Notes under the pieces: model-generated
Database searches by the model: none
Told to the model about the DNA's origin: nothing
What the model saw: the letters and a program-made list of their open reading frames with translations, nothing else
Position numbers and translations under genes: made by a program
Shown: piece by piece, positions 1 to 11,830 of the stretch
Layout of the letters: the number at the start of each line of letters is the position of its first letter
Position numbering within the stretch: the stretch's first letter is position 1
NCBI GenBank assembly: GCA_964187785.1
Contig: OZ076409.1
Span: 48,238,001 to 48,302,000, forward strand
Source of the DNA: Amphiscolops sp. MND2022
Lineage: Eukaryota
Length of the DNA stretch: 64,000 nucleotides
Direction: 5' to 3'

Positions 1-432
1 TTCCCCTGAGCCATTGCGTTTTGTTGGATTGAAGCTACTTTGCTTGAGCATCGTTGTGTGAGTGCATCGCATGGTCGCATATGTGGAGGTTCCACTTGCC
101 TCTTGGCGAAGTTTCGTTTTGTCTGTCTCATCTTTTGGACCCTTCATCAATGTCTTTACATCTGGGAACCAATATCCCCAGCTGGCTTCTAACTCAGCAA
201 AGAATTCTTTCCATTCAGTCACACTTCGACTGAGCTGTCTTTGCTTTTCCTCATTCGTGATGTCCAACATGAGATCTACGTTATGCAACAATGCTTGTTT
301 ATTCTCGCGATATTCGAATACCCAATCGTTCAATTCTGCTTTGCGAAGAATAGCGCCTTGCTCGTCCAGCTTGTCATCCAACTCTTTAATCAGATTCCGT
401 AGTCTTCCCACTTGAGTGGCCAGAGTATCCAG
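1..432 (-). pseudogene. Open frame running off the window edge, coiled-coil-like; probably part of a decayed ORF1 of a retroelement
   Basis: Manual translation of 432->1 has no stop: LDTLATQVGRLRNLIKELDDKLDEQGAILRKAELNDWVFEYRENKQALLHNVDLMLDITNEEKQRQLSRSVTEWKEFFAELEASWGYWFPDVK... It is preceded by stop-interrupted coding-like sequence up to ~1310. No family recognised. Confidence 0.4.
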
Positions 433-1403
433 TTAAAAGCGCCACACGTACCAGTCGGAATCATTTTCCAAATCTCTTGATCTGAGGTCCATCAGTTCTT
501 GGCTCTGATTTGTGTTTCGTTGATCAAATACATTTGTCATTCGAGGATGTTGCACCTCGAGCATTTCTTTTTTTCTGACTTTCATTTGTTCAGACTACGG
601 TTTTGTTTAACTGAGGGTTTTCTAACTACACAATAGTTTCTTGTCAATTTTGTAACTTTTCCCAAATTCCGCAAATTGTTAGATCTGAAGTATCAACTGC
701 TCAACCCAGTAATCAGTCGCCAATTCTTGAAGAATCAACCCAACAATGTCGATTATGCTTGCCTTCTTTGACGAACTTGATTGTTTCGGTGGATCTCGTC
801 CCTCTGACTCGATCCTTTTGCTTTACTTGGTGGATATGCTTGCAGCGACGTCTTAGTTCAAACCTTTGCTTTCAATTAAGAATACGTTTCTCAAGGATAC
901 CATTCGTCCCAAACTGGAATTGAAGCACAATTGCCTCCAGAGTGCTGCTAAAGCCCAACTCCCAGAGTACACAACCAATCCAGTTCCAAATCGCTCAATA
1001 GTCCAATACCAAAGCCCCAGTGTACACTTTCCCAGAGTTCCAATCACCAACTGTAGACCCATTTTCCACAGTTCTCGATCGTCGTGAATAGTCGTCTCAA
1101 CTACTTGTCGCAATTCCGTCCGAATGCAATGCGACGACTCTTGCAATACTTTTTGATTGCTGTGCGAACAGGCTCACCTGTTGCCACTTTTGGATTTTGG
1201 AAGGTCCCTACAATTAGGCTTGTCCTCCCAGCTCTCTGGTTTGCCAATGAAACCAGCACAGAAGCTTTGTCAAAGCTTCGTGTCACTTGAACAGATAGAT
1301 GTTGTGTCACCCGTTTGATGACTCTAACTGCTCACGTGTCTTCCACCACGACTGCTATCCACACACGATGAAGACGGCGTTCCTCTTGCAGTGTCCACCC
1401 AGA

Positions 1404-1510
1404 ATGATGTCCACTCCAACTGTTGATGTCCGCCCAATGTGATGAAGTCCGCCCGAATGTTGATGTCCGCCCAAATGATGATGTCCGCCCAAAATTGTTG
1501 ATGTCCGGGT
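1404..1510. repeat. ~18-bp minisatellite (TGATGTCCGCCCAAAT-like), about 5-6 degenerate copies
   Basis: Repeated gatgtccgcccaa / gaagtccgcccgaa units read directly; they give the GRTSS/GRTST repeats in ORF 1332..1709. Confidence 0.8.
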
Positions 1511-1709
1511 CGGCGGACCAAATGTAACGGCTGCTTGATCCCTTCAATTGACCAAACTTTACGCCGCCCTGAATTCGGTGCTCGGCACTGCGGATCGTTA
1601 CCGAACACTGCTTGCTTCTTAGATTAAAAGGACTGTATCTTGACTTAGTAGGATCCAATGATCCCGAATTGCACTTCTTCCTTGTCTCTTGACACGTCCA
1701 ACTCTCCAC

Positions 1710-2077
1710 AAGTTGAGAGTAACTAACTTAATCGCCCTAAGTCTTTGGCGAAAAGTCGAAAAGAGGTGAAGAAATGAATTGAGAATTGAAATGGTCCTAA
1801 GAACCGACTTTAATACAGCTTTCCAATCAATTTGTGCCTATCTAACAATGGTATACATATCGTTTACAATTATTCGATAAAAATGAGTTGAAATATGGAG
1901 TATAAATAAATGACATTTAAGTGAATTATTAAAGTTATTGGCTATGTAAACAAACCATAGTGTGGGTATAGCATGTTGGTTAGGTGGGCTCTAAGCATGT
2001 TTACACAATGTAAATATCATTAATTGCAACAGAGTTACATTCTAATGTGGTCATATAGGTAAATAACAAAGCTTACA
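1710..2077 (-). mobile_element. Putative 5' LTR of a retroelement extending off the left edge
   Basis: The minus strand begins TGTAAGC at 2077, is AT-rich, and is followed by a GC-richer leader with a minisatellite and decayed ORFs. The partner LTR is not in the window and no clear PBS is seen. Confidence 0.3.
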
Positions 2078-2769
2078 TTTTTGGTTCAATGACCTTGAAC
2101 ACCACACATGTGAGGGGTAAAGGGGGTTATAGTATATGAATGACCTTGAAACTTAGCCGGTGTGTTCGTGTTAAGTGCTTGCATATGTGTGCCAAGTTTC
2201 ATGTCTCTAGGGTTAATAGTTGTCCGGAAAATCCATTTGGGGGGTTTCCATTTTTGTGATGATGGGAATTTCTTCAAAATTTCATCTGTTTTTTTTGAGT
2301 TTAAGTTTTGTTTCTCAACCAGCACGTTCTGAATCGAGTTTCTTTACCTGCTGATGACTGGCGCCAACAGTCTTGTTGTAAAAAGATTTGGGGTTGCCTT
2401 TCTTTATGGGTCAAGGATTTTTGAAAAGAAATGTATTTTGCCAAAAAGGGAATTTCGGAAAATATCAACCTTATTTTTCGCAATGCAAACCAATTTTTCT
2501 CAGCGTTATAAAAGATTTTGTTGAAAAGAAGTTGTATGCCTCTTTTAAGTACCGCTATTCAGGGTTGGTTTTATTTATTATTTTCCGCCCATATTTCATG
2601 TATGGGAAAGGAAAATATTTAAATCAAACGGGTTTTTTTACAAAATTTGCCAAGAATTTATTTATATTTAACTTAAAGGGTGTTACCCCTAGAATTCAAC
2701 TCACATAAAATTAGCTTCGTGCGATATGTATTTGTAGCGATTTTTGGAGTTTTTTTTTTAAAAAATGAC

Positions 2770-4330
2770 GAAAATGACCCCTTAATGACAAAATGACCCC
2801 GAAAATGACAAAAATTCGAAAATTTCTCAATTTTTTAATGTTTTTATGCAATTTTTGTAATTTTTTTGATAGACACCGCGAATTAGGATGTTGAAAACGT
2901 TCAACAAGGCACGAATTCATTCTCCAATAGTCTTCTATGAAGAGATAAATGCAGTTTTGTAACAGAAAATTGACCCCAAAAATGACAAATATTTCAAAAT
3001 TTTCCGATTTTTAACAATTTTAAACACTTTTTGTCAAATTTTTGACATACGTCGTTAATTAAAATGTTGAGAACGCTCAACATGGCACGCATTTGCTGTC
3101 CAGTAGGCTTTTCAGAAAAGATAATTGCTTTTTTTCAAATGAAAAAGGTCTCAAATTGATACCGAAAATAACAAAAAACACAAAACTTTCCATTTTTCAA
3201 TTTTTTCAATGCATTTTTTGTCAAATTTTCGACAGACTTCGTTCATTAGAATGTTGAGAAGCGTCAGCAAGGAAAAAATATTAGTCCATTAGGCTTTTCC
3301 GAAGAATTTATTGCAGTTTTCTAAATATATCTCAAATTGGCACAGAAAAAAAAACAAGAATTCCAAAATTTCTCAATTTTTACCGTTTTCATGCACTTAT
3401 TGTCAATTTTTTGATACACATCGTGAATTAGAATGTTGAAAACGTTGAACAAAGCACGATGTTGTTGTCCAATCGTTTTCTATCAAGAGATAAATGCGGT
3501 TTTGTGAGAGAAAATTGACCCAATGAATGACCAAAATTCCAAAATTTCCCGATTTTTAACGATTTATGCAATTTTTGTGAAATTTTTGTTAGACTTCGTT
3601 GATTTGAATATTGAAAACAGTCAAAATGGCCCGTATTAGCTGTCCGTTAGGCTTTTCCGAAGTGATAATTGCTATTTTCTAGTTGAAAAAGGTCTCAAAT
3701 TGACACCGAAAATGACAAAAAACCCAAAACTTTCTTTTTTTCGTAATTTTTATGCAATTTTTGTCAAATTTTTGACAGACTTCGTAGATTAGAATGTTGA
3801 GAAGCGTAAGCAAGGAACAAAATTGGTCCAAAAAGTTTTTCCGAAGATTTTAATGCAGTTTTCTAGATGAAAAAAGTCTCAAGTTGGCACCAAAAACGAC
3901 AACAAACCCAAAATTTTCCAATTTTCAATGTTTTTGTGCAATTTCTGTCACGATTTCGACAGTCTCCGTAGATTGGAATGTTGAAAACGTTCATCAAGGT
4001 AGCAGTTTGTTATCCTGTAGTCTTCAAGGATGAGATAGTTTCAGTTTTTTGAGTGAAAATGTCTCAACTTGACACCCAAATTGACAAAAATCTCAAAATT
4101 TATAAATTTTCAAAGTTTTATGCAGTTTTTCTTTAAAATTTTCAACAAACCCCGGAGAACGGAATGTTGGAAAGGGTCAACAATGAACAAATGTTGTCCT
4201 GTATGCTTAGTGGAACAATAAATGCAGTATCCTGGTATCAAGTAGGCTTTTTTGAAGATATAATTGCAATTTTTGGTTGGAATTGGTCTCAAAGCACCCC
4301 AAAGTCCATTCAACAACAAAAACGCACGTT
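2770..4330. repeat. Tandem satellite, ~182-bp monomers x ~8, with ~545-bp trimeric higher-order repeat
   Basis: The anchor (a/g)atgttga(a/g)aa recurs at ~2888, 3063, 3251, 3432, 3608, 3793, 3977 and 4163. Every third monomer is most alike. Confidence 0.8.
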
Positions 4331-6373
4331 TTTTGACAAATTATTCTTAATTTTTGTTCAAACCATGAACATTTTTGTGGAATAAAACTTCCATTGACAC
4401 GAGCGTTGAAACAAAAGGGTATTCACAACGCAATTTGAGGAAAACGTAGGATGAAGTTAGTCGAGTTTACAACAAAAGTGTCAAAAGTTCCAATTTTCCT
4501 CAATTTTCGACAACATAGTCCCAACTTTAGACCCTTTCCGAAATCTTACTTACAATCAGATCTTACAATCAGAAAACTCATGGGCTCAGGATTGAAACGT
4601 TTAGCTACCGGTAGTGTTTCAAAAAGATATCAGACAAGTTTATTCGCTCAACTTTCAAAAACTATAATTGAAAACGTTACTTCGACCATATTTGTCAAGT
4701 ATTTTATTTTTGAATAAGCTCCAAGCAAAAACACTAGATATGGAGAACACCTTCCAAAGGAAAATGTTTCAAGCTATATCGTGGGTTAGAAGGGTGTAAG
4801 CAATAAACAAATAAACTCGGTGTCCAGTAGGGCTATTTGTGAAGAGACATCTGTAGATTCATGTTAGAAAAGTTCCTTAAATTGATCACAAAGTTGTCGG
4901 AAATATTTCCAGTTTTTGACTTTTTTGGTGGAACTATGTGCAAAAATAAATCAACCTGGGAACGCTCAAGTTTCTTAAACTTGCAAAGGACCACTCAGTT
5001 TCAAGCTTATACCATTTTCTCAGTGCCAAAAATAATCCCAATAAATACTCCTGATACTCGGAAGCCACTTTTTCCCAACAGGATTTTCAGAACGCCTTAT
5101 TTTTGATTTTTTTTCGGTAAAATCCTATGAAGGCGGAACAAGTTTCAAAACACAAACTCCCTTTTTTAATGCCGAAATCAGCTATGAAATCAAGGGGGTA
5201 CGCTTCGACCAAATGAAAATTCCGGGAAGAGGTTGATTTTCAACAGTCAATAAGAAACCTCATCAGTTCCACATGATTAAAAGTAACAAAGAGGTCACCC
5301 GTAAGACTCGGGAAACTTATTTCCTTCACAGAAAACCTCAAAAACTAAAAATTGCAAAAAAATTATTTTTCGAAATTTGTTTTCGAAAAAAATGAAAAAT
5401 TTCACTCGCTAAGTCGCATAGTGCCGAAAATTCGAAAACTGGCCAACTATCGCAGAAATACTAAAATAAACGTGTTTCCTTTAAAACTGGGCAAAGATGA
5501 ATCGAAGCTTTCTTTTCTTCGAACTTCTTAGCGTTTTTATAGTGCATTAGTTATTCTTGAGCCTCAAATTTATGTAGTTGTAGAACAGTTCGGGGCGGAA
5601 AATATCTCGCTGCTCAGCGGGCGTCTTGTTTTCATTGAAATTAGGACATGATGGATTTTCCATGTTATAAAACATTTTGTAACGCAATAATGGGTTCAGC
5701 TCTTGTGAAAATACCAAGAACTCAGGCGCCAAGCAATAATAACAACCTATATAATAACTAAGTTGCGCCACATAATTCCCGCCTGCTTCTACGTGAAGAA
5801 AAATTAATGAAATCTCAGAAGTTTCCGAATTCATTTTCGGTAAAACGTATTCGAATTGAAAATGCCAAAAAGAATTGACGCAAATTCCTTTCGCTTTTTT
5901 GAAAACTATCATCTTATAAAACGCTGTACAAAGACTTTCATCCAAAAGATCGAGAAGTTCTGGGTCGTAAAAAATAATGGATATATTCTCATTTGAAACC
6001 TCATTGTGCAAATTTCGCAGATTCTTTTTGCCATTGACGGCATGACCATCCGAGTTCAACGGCAATTTAACTGGATGCTTAGCATACTTTTATGGAAAAA
6101 AAACAATTTCATATTTGAAAATGTTAATGAAACCAACAGTGTCGAAATTTCAATTTCAAGAAATTCAAATTTATTGGCTTCACGCAAGCATGACAAAATG
6201 TTGGAAAAATTCATAACTGATACTATTCCAAAATAGAGGAGGTGTTGTTACTATTTGGTATTCATTCAGTTCATAATTTCGTAAATGTCATAGTTGCCAA
6301 GATTAGCAGTATTGATGTAATCCTCAACTACTGATGTAATCAAAAGAAAAATTTAGTTTCATTGAGTAGATAT

Positions 6374-6790
6374 AACAAGCCGGGACCGGCCCAAGTCGGC
6401 GCCATATCTAAGGCTCAAAAATAGCAAAAGGACTTCCAAGTGTCAGGTATTCTTTTACAGTACTCGAAAATTTTTCGAAATTTTTTTTGAAAAAATTACA
6501 TACTAAAAAAATGGACCGAGTGGCGCGCCGGGGCCCACTAGCGCGAGCCCCTGGCGCGCTAAAGTCTCACAATGCCGAAAAACTGAAAGGGGGGACCCTT
6601 TGGGATTTTTCAACATCCATTCTGTCGCAAAACATCAAAAAAATGCAGGGGGGACCCTTTGGGGAAACAAATTTTCGAAAAAAGTCTCGCAGTGCCGAAA
6701 AAAAATGAAAGGGGGAGCCTTTGGTCTCGCCCGGTACGGTATGTTACGCGGAAAAACAGGAAAAACCTTTTTGGTTCAGTTCGCAAAATC
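6374..6790 (-). mobile_element. Helentron/HINE-like non-autonomous element, partial copy
   Basis: Starts aacaag...aagtcggcgccatatctaaggctcaaaaa as at 21570 and carries the same gtgccgaaaaa/aaaggggggaccctt internal repeats. Confidence 0.6.
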
Positions 6791-9700
6791 CGAGAACCGT
6801 CAAAATTTTTTCTGTTTTGCTTCTCACTTCTCTATCATGAATATAATAATCGAGCTGCTTCAGACTGACTTAGGTCAATTTGGAAACCGTTGTGGGCATC
6901 GCTTCCCTCTTTGAATTTCTCATCTCTCCATTGGATATTCATGCACTGAACAGCTAGCTTAACACTTAATATTTCTAAAACCGTTTCCTATTTCATTCTT
7001 TTTTGTGAAATTCAATCGTTTCAATTTTTATTCACGTGTCAACTGTATGAAAATGGTTAATGATGAATCTAATCAACTTGCACAGGAAAAAAAGCTGTAC
7101 AAAAAGTTTCATTTATAGCTTTAAAGTCATTCCCTCATGAAGAGTTAATAATGTATCAAAAGTGGTAACAACTTTTTTGTATAAAAAACAAAAACCTAAA
7201 CTACTAAAACAGAATAAATAGAACTACGACATCTAATATACTCTATTAGCACAAACTTTAATAAATCTCTTTTTAATAATATTAGAACACTTTTTAGCAC
7301 CTGGATAAAATATGCATTCCCGTAGAAAAACATCTAATAAGTTAAAAAAAAACTGAATAAGTTTCGCAGTGCCATTTCAGAGCGATTCATTTGACTACGG
7401 TCAAGGCATTCTTGAGGAATCGTCTTTTTGACGTGATAGGCAATGTCTTTGGTAGGTAGGTTTGATTCCTTATTCCATAATAAGAGCCAAAACTCCTCAA
7501 GACCACTGAAGCTCCTGAATATGATTAGAAACAATCCAGCTATTTCCATCATTTGCACAATGCTCTTTACTTATGCATCAAAAACTCCGTCTTGCTCCAG
7601 CACGTTTTGCAATAGCGTCACTCCTGTTACCCAAAAATGATCCACATCCAATGATTCATTTGTGTTCCTCTCGACCAGTTTGCATCGCATTTCACAGTTG
7701 TTACGTCATTTGGTCGTCGCGTCAAACCTTCATCGGGGCTGTTGTTGTTGAAACTGGGTTGAGCTGTGTTTGTACGTCGCGGGCTCAAACAAAGAATCGG
7801 TGACAGATGTGGATGTTGTTAGTGTTTGATTGCCACTCAGGCGGGTGGATGAAACAAGAGAAGGAGAAGAAATAAGGAAATTAAAAGGGAGCAGCACAAA
7901 CAGACATGAGAAGACAACTTACAAGACAACCAACCGACAACAAGAACAAGTAAAGAACGATGATGAAATAATACTAGTGGCAATAATAACATAAGAACTC
8001 ATCGTGATGATGGCAGTTATAACAACAATAATAACTAGAGTTGCAGGCAAGTAAGAGTGCGAGTAAGTTGGGTGATAACCAACCGAAATTAGGAGCTGAG
8101 CGGGTATAAACAACTGGGTCTGGATGAACGAATGAATGAGTAGTTATCTTTCCTCAACTTCAGCCAAAGCCCCCTCCCCACAACCGCCACCAAACAACAG
8201 CAACAGGTAAGCCAACCGAATCAGACAGCAATAATGAGTAATGATGAGAAGCTGGTGACTATTCAAAGCAGCCGCTGCACTAAAACTTGCTAGTTAGGGT
8301 GTACAACATGTATGCATTTGCATGAAACATGTAAGTATTATGGGTGAGCAGAAATGAAAAACTATTACGTGACGTTGGTACTCAAACATGAATTGTGCAG
8401 AAAATCAAACATTTGTAGTAGCCAACCCAATCAACCACATGTGACGTCATTGAGTTAATAAGAACCCAGAAACAACATACATTAACAACCGCAGATAACA
8501 AAGAACAGCGAATGATATAAAACAAAGTTACTGAAACTATAAACAAGCGGCATGAGTATGCATCATGTACGAGCTCACTTCGTTTCTTCCATCTGCGTTT
8601 GCTTCATCTTCGTTTGACTTGATTGGAGATTTTGTAGCTTGCCTTCCGATCATCCCCAAAACAGGGAGTGGAGTTAAAGGATAGTGAGAGACAAGCAATG
8701 TTCACATAGAGAAGAATCAACTCATCATCCAGTTAGAACAGGAACAGATCAAATCAGATCATGAATGAATGTGATCAGATAAACTAATTGAGTTCAATAA
8801 TTAACGCTACTACCATAAGATGAGGATATACAACAAAACACAAAACAGTGAGAAAGGAAATCAAAGCTGCAGCAATTGCACAACAACAGAATTAAGGTCA
8901 AAGGTCATTAACCTTTAAGCAACGAAGTTAGATTATGCAAAATAATCAAAGCAACCTTTTTTCCATTTTCTCTCTTTAAAAACTCATTTGATCTTCTTAT
9001 CAAATTAGAAAAATTTTTGAAATTGCAAGTTCAAATGGCAGGAAAAGGTTGCTATTGATTGATTAATTAATCAATTAAACTGTGAATAATGTCATTCTTC
9101 GTCACCATAGTTAATGAGGGAAATGTTTAGAAACAGCTGTTGCCAAAGATTATGGTTACTCAAATATGCATGCCTACAGACTAATCTGCCAAAATTTGGA
9201 AAAAGCTAGAAAAATCTATCAAGTATCAGAATTGGGTTTGTCACTCAATGCAACGTTATCGTTCTAAATTACACTTGCAACCAAATACTAGAAATTAACA
9301 TGAATGTCACATTTCACTTTTTTGCATTAAATTGAAGGATTGATTTGAAAAAAGTGCAGTAGACGATGAAAACACAAAGTATATCTAAATTTTGGGCTGC
9401 AGTATAAGATGGAGACAAACTAGCATTGAAACCGAGACTTTCATAAAAAATTGGCAAACCTGTTTTCGCAAAAAATAGGATGTGCTACGACTAAATCATG
9501 GAAAAAATTATCCACGCCTACGTTCAATTAGAAAATCAACTCAAGCAATTCGGTTTGCAAACATAATTTGCAAAAAGGTATCATTTTACTCCAGTGATTA
9601 TATTGAAAATAACTGCGGCTAGAGAGCTGTCAATTTATGAAAGTACGAAAGATTGATGGGAAGATCATGCTACGTGTAAGCGTTTGAGCAGATAATGATT

Positions 9701-11703
9701 GAGTTGGAACGGGACGATGGAGACAGAAAAGAATGGTGTCCAATGGAAACCAAGCAAATACAAGAAGTGTTTTGCTCTAAAGAACAACCAGTTATTAAAA
9801 GCAGCTGCACAAAAACACAACTACTGACTGCCGACGACTCATACTTTACCCTTTACCATGGGGATGGCCCAAACTCAACCTTTTAGGGTACTCGCCCGTA
9901 TCTTGTTCCAAAACCACATTCGAGTTGTTACTGAAGTCCTGATGTCATCCATCTCGAACTCCTCGGTGGTCTTACATAATCATGTTACGTCATGAAGGTT
10001 GAAGACCATTGACTAGGTGTCCTGACCGTTGAAGGAAGACTTGAGAAGCTAAAAAGGCTCAACAAGAACAGCCGAGCGAGCGGGTAGGGATGGAGGAGAA
10101 AGCAAGAGAGTAGAAAGAAGACAAAAAGTGTTCAGCAGGGCATGACATGTTACGTGGAGTTAGGTATTTAACCAGTTCATGGCGATGGCGGCATTCGGAT
10201 AAGACGCACTTCATCATTATAACAACCAGCCAACGTGAAGAAATGATAATTACAACTCCGTTGAGAAGTGCTGCTTTTGCAGCAGCACTTCGGAGCAGGT
10301 TTGTCTGTATGATAACAAATGAACGACGGGCGGGTGGATCAATCAACCAAACGGGTTATAAGTGTCGCCACTACTATTTCTACTATTGCAAGGATAAAAA
10401 TGAACGTGAGAAACAAAGAAGGAAATGGAATCAATGGTGCACGGTTAAACATGGCCTGTGATTAAGTGGAACCCTACGCCCAACATAAATTAACTCTGCC
10501 CCTGACACCTCAAACTTCAATTAGAACACATCTAAACATGAGTGTTTGCCTTCGCAACTCTTGAAAAATGCAAAGGCTCAAATGCGAGAGATCAAAATTC
10601 TTGGCTCTCAATTCTACTTCTTGAACTTGTACGTGCTTCTCTAGAGATTTTGAGTCGAAGTACTTCAAGGAATGGTCTTTGAAAGGGGCGGGCGAATGTT
10701 CGATTATAGTTTTTTGTTAATCAATTAAGTTACAACTATTTAATTGATGACGGATGAGTTCATGCTGTATTCGAATGTAGTACAGTACAGAGGTGGTAGT
10801 AAATGTAGTTGTAGGCGCAGTAGTCTGTTTGACTGCGAATTTTGGCATGAGAAGAGAGAAAAGATCACTGACAGATGAAGAAACTTCAGGACAACCAAGG
10901 ACGCGCATACAACAGGAGCAGGTCAAAAGAAGGAGGAGAGGAGGAGAATTAGGAGAAGAAAAGAACAGCAAAACGAGAAACAGAAGCTCAACAAGACAAA
11001 TGACACCCAATCAGGGATGCTCATCTAGTTCCATGCCTATTCTCCAACATTGGAAACAAATCTAAGCACAAAAATTTCTATCAAGAGGCACAATGAAAAA
11101 CCAGTTAGATTTTTCTTAAATTCAATTTATCGTTAAGAATGAAGAATCGTGCCACCATTGTGACAAAAATTCAAACAGACATTTTTGAAATTTTAAATCA
11201 AAAAATTGAGCATCACTGACTGGGCCAATAACGTTTGCATTCAGTCAGTTTGGAACCACAAAATGAGTCATCATGATTAGAATGGCAACAATAACATGGT
11301 TGAAGTTCAAGTTCATTTGTAGTACTGACGTGATTACGTGGAAACAACGACATTCACCATGTTCCAGCTACCGACACCAAATCAATCCCCTATTAGCAAG
11401 AGATTACTAACTGATCTCTTTGTCTACTTTTGCGGCACTTGAAGGATCTAAGAGGCTGCCCAAGATAACATCTAAATTGATTCATGAATATAAACATCTT
11501 GAATATAAACATAGATTCGTTCATTTGCTGTTTTTGATTTAAAAATTTTCTACAAAAGTTTCTAATGTGTATTTCAACCGAAGACCTTTTGAACATCAAT
11601 TTGGTTGCATCCGTGCAAAGCATTGAGTACTGCCCGAGTTGGCAACCCAGGAAAAACCATCAGTGGCCACCAATCGTCCATCACAGTTCCATCGGTGGCC
11701 ACA

Positions 11704-11830
11704 GAATAACGTATAAAAACGGGAATAACGTCTAAAAAACGGGAATAACGTCTAAAAAACGGGAATAACGTCTAAAAAACGGGAATAAATTTAGATGTTA
11801 TTCCCGTTTTCAAATTAGACGTTATTCCCG
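11704..11830. repeat. 20-bp tandem repeat (GGGAATAACGTCTAAAAAAC x~4) followed by two inverted copies; MITE-arm-like
   Basis: Read directly. The inverted copies ttagatgttattcccg and ttagacgttattcccg lie at ~11791-11830. Confidence 0.8.

Noticed and set aside
5547..6065. 172-aa ORF as a gene
   Set aside because: No recognisable domain, AT-rich, and flanked by repeats; cannot be supported without expression data.
11704..11790. CRISPR-like regular repeats
   Set aside because: Head-to-tail units with no unique spacers, no cas genes, eukaryotic context.
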